From contig JBMNJG010000016.1 of NCBI GenBank assembly GCA_050951545.1, positions 32,001-96,000 on the forward strand: a stretch of DNA of 64,000 bases, read 5' to 3'. A program made the position numbers and the translations under genes. This DNA comes from Limnochordia bacterium. GTDB lineage: Bacteria > Bacillota > Limnochordia > DTU080. The notes beneath the pieces were generated by a model. It made no database searches. It was not told the DNA's origin and saw only the letters and a list, made by a program, of their open reading frames with translations. Below, in pieces: positions 46,523 to 55,303 of the stretch (its first letter is position 1; the number at the start of each line of letters is the position of its first letter).

Positions 46523-47551
46523 CTATTCGCTGGCGGCATCACTGGTGGGCGCCCAGCCACCCTTAGCCGTCTCGCGGTAGAAGCGGCTCCTCAGATCGAG
46601 GTACCTGAGGAGTTTCTTGTTAAGGTCGCTTCGCAACGGCAGCAGTTGGCCAGCCTTGAACTTCATGGTGAGCCAGGACAGGTCCTTGGCATGGATCACA
46701 ACCAACGTGACGTTGTTCTTCTCACACAATTCACGCTTGGTCTTGTCACGTTCCATCTGCTTAGCCACCACGTCAGCCGAGAACCGTTTGGTAGGGGTGT
46801 AGTGTTGTGGCCCGTTAAACTCAAAAGCCACCGCCTCGAGGCCATAGTGGCGGTCGAGCTCCAGTAACATGCCAGTAGCCGGGTTGACGAGAAAACGGGG
46901 AGACGCGTTGTCTTTGTGGTCATCGGAGTCGAAAATAGCCGATAGGTATTCCTGCATCAAGGCCTGTCCGAAGAACTCAGCCTCGTCGAGTCGCTGCTGC
47001 GCCGCTAGCAGTTCATCCATGTACCTGCGGGCGACCGGGTTGCAGAGGCTGAAGCAAATGGGAGCCTGCTTGTGCTCTTGCTGCATCTCCAGCCAGCCCA
47101 GCTTCGCCAGTTGTCGAGCAGCCCGCTTGACCGTCTTGGCGTCTAGACTCATCATCCGGGACACAGATGCATATGTGAACACGCCCTGCAAATTACGGTA
47201 ATCGGGCGTGGCCTGCAGTGCACCATAGACCACCTTGGCCTGAGCACTGACCTCCGTGGCGATGATCAGCTCAGTAGGCATAACCACCCTTGGCCCCGAC
47301 AGCTCTTTTGCTGGGGCCTGGTTGACGCCTGTGGGCAGATTGTACCAGCCCTCAGTGGTTAGCTTTGCCGTAGCCTTGCGGACGGTGGGTCGGGACAAAC
47401 CGGTACGAGCAGCCAAGCGAGTGGGCGACAGACGAGCTCGCTCCCCCAACTCAGCGTCGAGTGTGAGGGCCAGCCAAACTACCTTATCCGTCGCTCTTAA
47501 CTGGCTAGTGAGCAGCAACGAGATCGGCACGCGAACCTCTTCGATATCCAA
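46523..47551 (-). CDS. Tandem winged-helix + PD-(D/E)xK (Vsr/DUF559-like) nuclease-domain protein
   Basis: Two homologous HTH blocks ending L...GW; C-terminal FLVNPATGMLLELDRHY..VAFEFNGPQHY..QMERDKTKRELC. TTG start chosen after GGAGGTG (the ORF track starts at 47626). Confidence 0.8.
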   Translation of the reverse strand: MDIEEVRVPISLLLTSQLRATDKVVWLALTLDAELGERARLSPTRLAARTGLSRPTVRKATAKLTTEGWYNLPTGVNQAPAKELSGPRVVMPTELIIATEVSAQAKVVYGALQATPDYRNLQGVFTYASVSRMMSLDAKTVKRAARQLAKLGWLEMQQEHKQAPICFSLCNPVARRYMDELLAAQQRLDEAEFFGQALMQEYLSAIFDSDDHKDNASPRFLVNPATGMLLELDRHYGLEAVAFEFNGPQHYTPTKRFSADVVAKQMERDKTKRELCEKNNVTLVVIHAKDLSWLTMKFKAGQLLPLRSDLNKKLLRYLDLRSRFYRETAKGGWAPTSDAASE

Positions 47552-47788
47552 GGGCGCCACCTCCAGCCAGAATGTCTGTTCGGTTCCCGAATAAATGTTC
47601 GACACACTCCGGTAGAGTTCCTCCATGAAAAGGTCGATTCAGACAAAACCAGAGGCGGCGTGCACCCAGCTCTTGAAAGCGAGGCGCGATGGCACGTTTT
47701 CCGGTCGTGATGGGGGCATCTGGGTAGAACAGTGCTAGCCCGCCGCGGTGACCAGTGCCGTCCTGCCAAAGCAGACCCGTGCACACAC

Positions 47789-47835
47789 CGGTTACATCAC
47801 CCAATTCGGCAAGAGACGGCCGATGCTTACCAGTT
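47789..47835. repeat. Solo degenerate copy of the array repeat, same orientation
   Basis: CGGTTACATCACCCAATTCGGCAAGAGACGGCCGATGCTTACCAGTT aligns without gaps to the array consensus; 39/47 identical by hand count. Confidence 0.88.
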
Positions 47836-47957
47836 CGACCGCCCCAAGCGGATATCAACGTGCAATAACAGCGGGGAAAGAAAGAGGACCATGGCTATTT
47901 CGCCAAGGCCGCCGCTGTGCCCTCCAAAGCCAGGCCGAGTATCCCGTAACCCTCACG

Positions 47958-48641
47958 CTAGCGATTGTCTTCACGTGTCTGTACGAGAAGCCTACCTGAG
48001 CTGTCTATGAGCGCCAGCAACACATCGCGAGCCTCAATGAAACCCTCTTCTGCTAACCGAGTGCGAAGCCATGCCTCATCCAAGTTTATGGCTCGCAATG
48101 CGCCGTAATCGATTTCGCCATCAATCACTAAGGTATGCGTCGGCCCCTCATACTCCGTTCGCAGACCAAGATCCGCTGGCGTAAGTGTGCGCCGCTGCGA
48201 TTTTGGCAGGACGGATAGCTCACCATCACATTCGAGAATTGCCATCTCCACGTCCATGAGGTTGTGATACCCTCGCACCCGCAACTGCTCCATGAGCTCG
48301 GTAATACCGTACCGCAATCTACGCATCTCATGGTGCACCAATCGCCCATCGCGCACGATTATCGAGGGCTTACCCGAGATCAGATGACGCACGGTTCTGC
48401 TAGCAAGGCATAAGCGTGAGAGCCCGATCTCCAGAGCAACCAAAGTGACTATAGGAACCACACCCAACATTAGGGGTCTTTGGGGATCTTCAATAGGTAT
48501 GGCTGCAGCTTCGGCCATGATAATGGCCACGACCAGATCCAGCGGACCCAGAGAGCCCAATCCTCGCTTCCCCATGGTCCGCAGTGTGATGAGCAGAAAG
48601 AAATAGAAGAAAACCGTACGGAGACAGGACGTAAGCAACAT
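47958..48641 (-). CDS. YetF/DUF421 membrane protein
   Basis: RTMGKR..L...DL, GKPSIIVRDG, LRVRG..AILECDGELSV and LVIDG motifs. Confidence 0.9.
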   Translation of the reverse strand: MLLTSCLRTVFFYFFLLITLRTMGKRGLGSLGPLDLVVAIIMAEAAAIPIEDPQRPLMLGVVPIVTLVALEIGLSRLCLASRTVRHLISGKPSIIVRDGRLVHHEMRRLRYGITELMEQLRVRGYHNLMDVEMAILECDGELSVLPKSQRRTLTPADLGLRTEYEGPTHTLVIDGEIDYGALRAINLDEAWLRTRLAEEGFIEARDVLLALIDSSGRLLVQTREDNR

Positions 48642-48829
48642 GGAGTGACCCCCGTGAAACTGGTCCGATACAGGGTACCCGAAGCAAGCGACCTTCATTC
48701 GTTTGCCTTTCCCAGTTCCCCTACAGCGCTTGAGATTGACATGTGACAGACATATGAGTATCTTTATTGTGTTAATCACTATTCTAGCGTATACTTAAGG
48801 GGCAGCAAATAGAGAAGGAGGGCGAAATC

Positions 48830-50074
48830 ATGAAGAAGATTGCTGCCATCATCCTGATCACCGCTGCAGTGATGACTTTGACGTCGGTAACCGCCCGTTT
48901 GGAGAAGGCCCAGCTTACGCTCAGCTGGTGCTGCGGTCAAGAGGCCCGTCGAACCATTCTTGAAGAGACTATCGCTGATTACATGGCCACACATCCAGAC
49001 GTACAGATTGATGTCATCAATCCGGCTGGCTACTCCACCGTAATGAAGACCTGGGTCGTCAGTGGCAATGCCCCTGACATCATGTGGTACGGTGTGAACT
49101 GGCCAGCCCTTATGGATTTTGTGATGCCAGTGGATGAAATGCTGGCCAAGACTCGCCTCGATCAGAGCATCCATCCTGGTCTACTGAAACTCCTGCAATG
49201 GGAGGGGCGCACCTGGGGAGTGCCCTACGGTGCAGGAGCTCACGTGATGTACTACAATAAGGACCTTTTCGACCGCGCCGGACTACACTACCCGGGTGCC
49301 GACTGGACGTGGGACGAAGCGATTTCCATGGCCAGGAAACTAACCGTGGACAGTGACGGCGATGGCCAACCCGATCAGTGGGGGCTGAACCTCGACGCAG
49401 AGTATCAGATCCATGGCCTCTTGTACGGTGGCGACTTCTATGCATCCGACAAACGCCAAGCACGCTTCGATAACCCCGTCACCGCTAAGGCAGTACAGCT
49501 CTATGCCGAGATGAAAGCGGGCATTGAGCGAGTATGGGGCGGCAAGTTCGCCGACGGAAATGTAGCCATGGCCTCCGACGGAGCCTTCACCTTAGAGGTG
49601 GCTCGCAAGTACCTGTTCGATTGGGACCTTACCAATCTGCCCCAGCTGATTGTGGACGACAAGAGTTACCGCTCGAATTTCATGGGCCCGGAGTCATGGC
49701 TGATCTCCAAAACCGCAAAACACCCTGCTATCGCCCTGGAGATCGTGGCGCTGTTGCTCAGCGAGGAGGTCATGGGCAAGTGGGGTCGCTCTGGTACCTC
49801 CATCCCCTCACAGCCACGTATAGCCCTCAAGCACTTCGTGAGCACCGCCACGCGCGGCGAAAACATGGCAGCCTTTGTGCAAGCACTGGATTACGGCTAC
49901 GTTCAGCATCAAACGCATCCCATCGGCCTCGAAATCCAGGGGTGGATGTATGCCCAGCAACCCTGGAAGGATATGTGGGCGGCCCAAACACCTGCATCCA
50001 ATGCCCTGCCGGAGCTTGAGAAAGGCGTTAACGTCATGCTCGATGAGTACTGGTCCCGAAAGGGGGCAAAATAG
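48830..50074 (+). CDS. Sugar ABC transporter substrate-binding protein (orphan)
   Basis: Signal peptide; APDI and YYNKDLFDRAGL..P..WTWDE motifs; promoter TTGACA-17-TATCTT upstream; 13-bp hairpin after the stop. Confidence 0.9.
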   Translation: MKKIAAIILITAAVMTLTSVTARLEKAQLTLSWCCGQEARRTILEETIADYMATHPDVQIDVINPAGYSTVMKTWVVSGNAPDIMWYGVNWPALMDFVMPVDEMLAKTRLDQSIHPGLLKLLQWEGRTWGVPYGAGAHVMYYNKDLFDRAGLHYPGADWTWDEAISMARKLTVDSDGDGQPDQWGLNLDAEYQIHGLLYGGDFYASDKRQARFDNPVTAKAVQLYAEMKAGIERVWGGKFADGNVAMASDGAFTLEVARKYLFDWDLTNLPQLIVDDKSYRSNFMGPESWLISKTAKHPAIALEIVALLLSEEVMGKWGRSGTSIPSQPRIALKHFVSTATRGENMAAFVQALDYGYVQHQTHPIGLEIQGWMYAQQPWKDMWAAQTPASNALPELEKGVNVMLDEYWSRKGAK

Positions 50075-50217
50075 CACGGTGATCGCTATCTTAGGGTGAC
50101 AGTCCGGCTGTCACCCTAAGCGATGACTTTGTCGTTGTCCGGCGACACACAGCATATTCGCCTCTTGATTTTGCGGACGCGGTCGGCTATACTTGCTATG
50201 CTTGACAGAATGCGTGG

Positions 50218-50293
50218 GCGGATGTAGCTCAGTTGGTAGAGCATCAGCTTCCCAAGCTGAGGGTCGCGGGTTCGAGACCCGTCATCCGCTCCA
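50218..50293 (+). tRNA. tRNA-Gly(CCC)
   Basis: GCGGATGTAGCTCAGTTGGTAGAGC...TTCCCAA...GGTTCGAGACC...CATCCGCTCCA; TTGATT-17-TATACT upstream. Confidence 0.96.
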
Positions 50294-50302
50294 TTGTTTT
50301 TG

Positions 50303-50378
50303 GCTAGTGTAGCTCAGCTGGCAGAGCGGCCGCCTCGTAAGCGGCAGGTCGAGGGTTCGAGTCCCTCCACTAGCTCCA
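50303..50378 (+). tRNA. tRNA-Thr(CGT)
   Basis: GCTAGTGTAGCTCAGCTGGCAGAGC...CTCGTAA...GGTTCGAGTCC...CACTAGCTCCA. Confidence 0.96.
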
Positions 50379-50507
50379 CAATGACAAGCACGCGGCGAAA
50401 GCGTACGCTGCGTGCTTCTCTATTTACCGCCAACATCCGCTAGGTCTAGGGTGATTGGCGGGCTCGTCCCTTTCCCTATCCGAAGAGCCATCGAGATGTG
50501 CCCGTCA

Positions 50508-50902
50508 TTAGGTCGATATGGGAAACTCCGCTATGTAGATGCTGGACTGAATCGCCGACCGTAGGCGCCTGCCATCAGGTGTCATGGTGGTCAGTGCGGG
50601 GTCAGCCTCAGGTCGTCGGTGAGAAAAAAGCCACCAGCTTGACCAATCAGTGCCCAATCGAACTGGAATGGGTGCGCCGCGGTGACACCCCACACCTCGA
50701 ATCGGCGCTCTGCGTCCATGCGGCGAGCGCACCTACCCAACGCCTGTAAATCATCCCAAGTCCAACCGACCTGCGGTCCTGAGACACCCGCGGCCGCAAG
50801 AACCTCTGGGTTGTAGAACATCCCCTCTATCTGCAGGAACGCCGGAAGACTGTACAGTCTTCCTTCAACGGTGTTGTCTGGCATAGTGGCAGGAAAGAAC
50901 AA
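50508..50902 (-). pseudogene. Fragment of a sugar-binding protein gene
   Basis: Only the internal SBP segment GRLYSLP..MFYNPEVLAAAGV..P..WTWDDL is present; no signal peptide, and it stops after ~100 aa. Confidence 0.7.
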
Positions 50903-51146
50903 ATGACCACGTTGTCTTCGTCAGGTGCAGCCCGAACAAAAGGCGACCAGTTTGCCCCATCCGTACTTGTGCTAATGTAAGCATCTCGCTCAACCCGTAG
51001 ATGCATTTTCCCCCCTGAGGTATAAGAGGGTTGTTACCTGAGCTGGTGAATAAGTACGTCAGTTATTTGTCTTTTGAAAGGCCCGGCGTCCGGACGCCCG
51101 ACCCTACCGCCATGATCTGGCGCAATAGGAGGCGACTCATGCCGAA

Positions 51147-52040
51147 ATGAAGGAGCTGAATGACTTGGCCGCACCATCAGGTGTCATCGTTGCCATGGAT
51201 ACCCCATTCTCTGATACTGGCGAGTACTCCTCCGAACGCACTCGCCGACTGGTCGACTTCCTACTCGCTAGAAAGGTCTCGGGTCTTTTCATCGCCGGAG
51301 GGACTGGCCTGGGCGGTGTACTTTCTATTGACGAACGAATGTCATTGACCGAAACCGTGATGCAGCATGTGCCCAGTGGATTCCCAGTTTTGGTGCACGT
51401 GGGCAGTACCACTACCGCCGATAGCATCGCTCTGGTCCAACACGCCGCCGAGCATCGAGCACCAGCTGCCGTACTATCGTCACCAGAGTGGTTTCATCGC
51501 CATGAGATAGAAGCTGTCACCGAGCACTTTCAGCTTGTCTGTGAAGCAGCCCCTAGCATGTCCATGTATTTTTACCGTCGCTCCTGGGATTCGTGGAGCC
51601 CAGCCACCATTAGCACGCTGCAAAACCAGCTACCCAACATTGTCGGCGTAAAAGACAGTGCGAATGACATCACCCTTCACCTAGAGTTTCTGGCCCTTCC
51701 CAGGCTGGCCATCTTTCAAGGATATGAACCTCTTGCCACCGCCAGTATTCTGGCTGGTGCCAGAGGCCTCGTATCGGGACTCGCCACCATTTTCCCCGAG
51801 GCCGTGGTCAGTCTGTACAACAAGCTGCTCTCTGGGGACCTCGCAGCGGCCAAGGCGCAGCAGGCGCTGGTCAACCAGCTTGTCACGATCACCTACAAGC
51901 CCTCACCGTATCGAAGGTTCAAAGCAGTGTTACATGCCCGTGGATGCCCGGTCGGAGAGGTACGTCGGCCCTTCCGACCCATCGATGCATCAGAAAAGGA
52001 GGCATTGATGCAGCAGCTGCAGATTCTAGACGTCTTGTAG
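51147..52040 (+). CDS. DapA/NanA (class I aldolase) family protein
   Basis: DTPF, GGTG, ER, HVG and the Schiff-base GVKDS. Confidence 0.88.
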   Translation: MKELNDLAAPSGVIVAMDTPFSDTGEYSSERTRRLVDFLLARKVSGLFIAGGTGLGGVLSIDERMSLTETVMQHVPSGFPVLVHVGSTTTADSIALVQHAAEHRAPAAVLSSPEWFHRHEIEAVTEHFQLVCEAAPSMSMYFYRRSWDSWSPATISTLQNQLPNIVGVKDSANDITLHLEFLALPRLAIFQGYEPLATASILAGARGLVSGLATIFPEAVVSLYNKLLSGDLAAAKAQQALVNQLVTITYKPSPYRRFKAVLHARGCPVGEVRRPFRPIDASEKEALMQQLQILDVL

Positions 52041-52197
52041 ACTACAACTCCTCTGGGCAAAACTGCCTCCTACCTTGACGGCAGTTTTCGCTTGCAGCTG
52101 ATCAACAAGACGCGTGACGTTTTGCAGCCGTACCGTTAGTGTAGAAGAAGACCGGGACTCTCCTTTAGAGGGCCCCGGCGCCTTGGCTTACACGTAA

Positions 52198-53232
52198 TCA
52201 CGTGTAAGTGATGATCGTCCCGAGATGGTTCTGCGGTTCGTCAAGTAGCCCGTAACAAGCGACATCGGCTTTCTCCACTGGCACGCAAGTCGTCACCAGA
52301 TCCTTGACATTGAGTTTTCCTTCCGCTACCCAGCGTACAAAGAGACGAAGGTTCGTCTGCGTCGTCCAACGCACAAAGACCGCAGGGTAGTCTTGGCCAT
52401 GCTCATAAGCCGCATCGTGATAGCCCGGACCAGTTCGCGCCGAGCTTCGCACGTCGAGGTTACCGAGACCAGCCCCCATGGTGTGAGTCAAGGTCCCGCC
52501 AACACTCACGACGCGTCCATAGGCATGGGTATCCGGCGACCGCTTCATCATCCGGTACACATCAGGAAACACCAGGTTTGCCGCTTCCCCAACACAGAGA
52601 AAGGCACAGTCCAACCCCTGCCCACCCGTAACCTCAGCCACGCGAGACACGGCTGCATCACCCGTGTCTGTTGATGCCAAAGAGACGCCAGCCTTGCGAG
52701 CGATCTCGACGGGCAACTGCAAGGGGTCAAAGGCCTGTACACGCGCCCCGGCAATCTGGCAGATCTGGGACACGAGCTGCCCCACCACGCCGAGACCCAT
52801 CACCACAACCTCTTCGCCCCAAACAACCCCACCACGCCGAACAGCTTGCATGGCGGTACCCGCTAAGTTAGTGAAAGCACCTTCTTCGTAACTAACGCTG
52901 TCCGGCAGCGGAACTACCAGATTCTGGGGCACAGTCGCGTAATCCGTGTGCTTCGCTTGTCCGCCCATACAGGCCACGCGCTGGCCCACCTCATAGCCCT
53001 GGCAGCCCTCGCCCAAGGCGATGACCTCACCCGCATTCTGATATCCAAAGGACCTGAACTCACCCTCCGGACTACGCTCTTTGCCTCTCAGTCGACTCAG
53101 CTCAGTGCCAGTACTGATCAACGATGCATGCACTTTGACAAGCACTCTTCCCGGTTCAAGAGGTGGTATGGGCTCCTCTTGCACCTGTATGTATCCTGTG
53201 CTGTTGCGCGTCACCACACGGCGCGTCTTCAT
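52198..53232 (-). CDS. MDR-family (zinc-binding) alcohol dehydrogenase
   Basis: SLISTGTE, GYQNAG and GLGVVG motifs. Confidence 0.85.
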   Translation of the reverse strand: MKTRRVVTRNSTGYIQVQEEPIPPLEPGRVLVKVHASLISTGTELSRLRGKERSPEGEFRSFGYQNAGEVIALGEGCQGYEVGQRVACMGGQAKHTDYATVPQNLVVPLPDSVSYEEGAFTNLAGTAMQAVRRGGVVWGEEVVVMGLGVVGQLVSQICQIAGARVQAFDPLQLPVEIARKAGVSLASTDTGDAAVSRVAEVTGGQGLDCAFLCVGEAANLVFPDVYRMMKRSPDTHAYGRVVSVGGTLTHTMGAGLGNLDVRSSARTGPGYHDAAYEHGQDYPAVFVRWTTQTNLRLFVRWVAEGKLNVKDLVTTCVPVEKADVACYGLLDEPQNHLGTIITYT

Positions 53233-53397
53233 CCGGAAATACACTCCTTATGTTTGGGGGATTGTGCCACTCTCCGCTTCGCAAAATGACAGCAGCACAT
53301 ATGTCTCTGCACTTCGATCCGAAACAGATGATCACCTGTTTGATTCTACAAAGCCAAAACGCCTTCCCGAAAACCGCTTAGGGAAGGCGTTTTTGTG

Positions 53398-53474
53398 TGG
53401 TGGGCAGAAAGGGACTCGAACCCCCGGCCTCTACGATGTGAGCGTAGCGCTCTAACCAGCTGAGCTATCTGCCC
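53398..53474 (-). tRNA. tRNA-Val(CAC)
   Basis: Reverse complement GGGCAGATAGCTCAGCTGGTTAGAGC...CTCACAT...GGTTCGAGTCC...CTGCCCACCA; terminator hairpin at ~53357-53394. Confidence 0.96.
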
Positions 53475-53530
53475 TCTTGCACACCCAATCTTATCGCGCT
53501 CAGATCACCTTGTCAACCCTCGAAAATCAT

Positions 53531-54814
53531 CTACAACAGCTGATGACGCACGATAGTCTGCTCACGACCGGGCCCTACTGACACGATGGCAATCGGCACA
53601 CGACTTACCTCAGACACCCGCCTAAGATAGGCCTGGGCATTATCTGGGAGCTCTTCACACGTGGTGATGCCAGAGATATCCTCTTGCCAACCGGGCATCG
53701 TCTCATAGATGGGCTCACACCGCTGCAAGACCTCGACGCTGCTGGGAAACTGCTCAAGATGCTTTCCGTCACATCTGTAGGCTACGCACAGCTTAAGCTC
53801 ATCAAGACCCGACAAGACATCGAGCTTCATCACGGCTAACGTAGCCAGCCCGTTCACCCGCGCTGCGTAGCGGGTAATCACGCCGTCAAACCAGCCAACA
53901 CGCCGAGGTCGCCCCGTGGTCGTACCAAACTCTGCACCCTGGGTGCGAAGCTCCTCTGCTAGTCTGCCTCCCAGCTCCGAAGGAAACGGGCCCTCACCTA
54001 CGCGTGTGGTATAGGCCTTAACCACACCTAACACGTTGCCTAACAGATGCGGCCCCACTCCACTTCCTGTGGCAGCGCCGCCCGCGGTGGCAGACGACGA
54101 CGTCACAAAAGGATAGGTGCCATGGTCTATATCGAGCAAGGTTCCCTGCGCTCCCTCAAATAGCACCCGTGCCCCTTGCTCGAGTCGCGCATGGAGTAGT
54201 GATGAGGTGTCAGTAACCATCGGGGCCAGACGTTGGGCAGCGGCGCCGCACTGCTCCAAGATCCCGTCTATAGAAAGCCCAGGGTGACAATAGAGCGCAC
54301 CCAAAAGCGCGTTCTTGCCGGGCAGTACTTCCTGCAGGCGTCTGCGAAAACTCTCCGGCGTCAAGAGATCGACCATGCGCACCCCACTGCGCGCCACCTT
54401 ATCAACGTAGGCAGGGCCAATACCTCGACCAGTCGTGCCTATGCGCTTGCCGGCCCGCTGCTCTTCCTCAAGCTTGTCCAGCAGTCGATGATAGGGCAAA
54501 ATGACGTGCGCACGTTCGCTAATCGCCAGTTGTACTGGGCCGATGCCCCCCTGTTCAAGGCTCTCGAGCTCCTCGACCAAGAGCACCGGATCCACAACCA
54601 CGCCGTTGCCGATCACGCATAGCGTCCCAGAGTGAATGGCACCGGAGGGCACGAGGTGCAGCTTGAACACCCGTCCATTGACCACCACTGTGTGCCCAGC
54701 ATTGCTGCCACCTTGGTAGCGCACCACCACCTGAGCTCGCTCTGCCAAGAAATCCGTGATCTTCCCTTTGCCCTCGTCTCCCCATTGTGCCCCAACAACA
54801 ACAACCGACGGCAT
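53531..54814 (-). CDS. purA: Adenylosuccinate synthetase
   Basis: GAQWGDEGKGK, NAGHT, EGAQG and GTTTGRPRRVGW motifs. Confidence 0.98.
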   Translation of the reverse strand: MPSVVVVGAQWGDEGKGKITDFLAERAQVVVRYQGGSNAGHTVVVNGRVFKLHLVPSGAIHSGTLCVIGNGVVVDPVLLVEELESLEQGGIGPVQLAISERAHVILPYHRLLDKLEEEQRAGKRIGTTGRGIGPAYVDKVARSGVRMVDLLTPESFRRRLQEVLPGKNALLGALYCHPGLSIDGILEQCGAAAQRLAPMVTDTSSLLHARLEQGARVLFEGAQGTLLDIDHGTYPFVTSSSATAGGAATGSGVGPHLLGNVLGVVKAYTTRVGEGPFPSELGGRLAEELRTQGAEFGTTTGRPRRVGWFDGVITRYAARVNGLATLAVMKLDVLSGLDELKLCVAYRCDGKHLEQFPSSVEVLQRCEPIYETMPGWQEDISGITTCEELPDNAQAYLRRVSEVSRVPIAIVSVGPGREQTIVRHQLL

Positions 54815-55060
54815 GGATCACATCGCCCCCCCGTGGTGCGGGTGAGCACTTGGACGCTGAAGAGAGCCAGCTGCCTCCAGTGCTCCGACTGCGGTTCAAT
54901 CTTAAGCAAAGCGTGACCTCGTTGTCAACTGAAGACGCTCCAAGACCAGCAAACGACAAGCCACATGAACCATCGCCGGGGACTATTTCGGTGTGACCCC
55001 TCTCAACATAGTGTAGATGAGGTATCTAGCAGAAAGAGCACCAAAAGGAGGTCGAGGAAA

Positions 55061-55249
55061 TTGCCCAGCTTCTGCCAGGAGCTGCGCCAGGCCATCACGA
55101 ACATTGATCAAGCCATAGGCAACCTACGCAATGCTCGAGCTTTGTCTACCCGCCTCACCACAAGGCGCATCCTCAATCGCAATATCAACACCCTTCTGGC
55201 CGTGCGAGCCTCCAAAAGGCGGCTTCGTGATAGACGCTGCAACGATTAG
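55061..55249 (+). CDS. Small Arg-rich hypothetical protein (62 aa)
   Basis: TTG after AGGAGGTCGAGG; MPSFCQELRQAITNIDQAIGNL...RRLRDRRCND; hairpin at 55268-55290. Confidence 0.6.
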   Translation: MPSFCQELRQAITNIDQAIGNLRNARALSTRLTTRRILNRNINTLLAVRASKRRLRDRRCND

Positions 55250-55303
55250 TCGGCCCTTCGCCACACGGCGTGGGCCCTCTGGCCCACGCCTGTGTCTACG
55301 CGG

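Noticed and set aside
45564-47900. Nuclease cassette as a tRNA-Arg-integrated island
   Set aside because: It lies on the 5' side of the tRNA, and I found no duplicated tRNA 3' end and no integrase.
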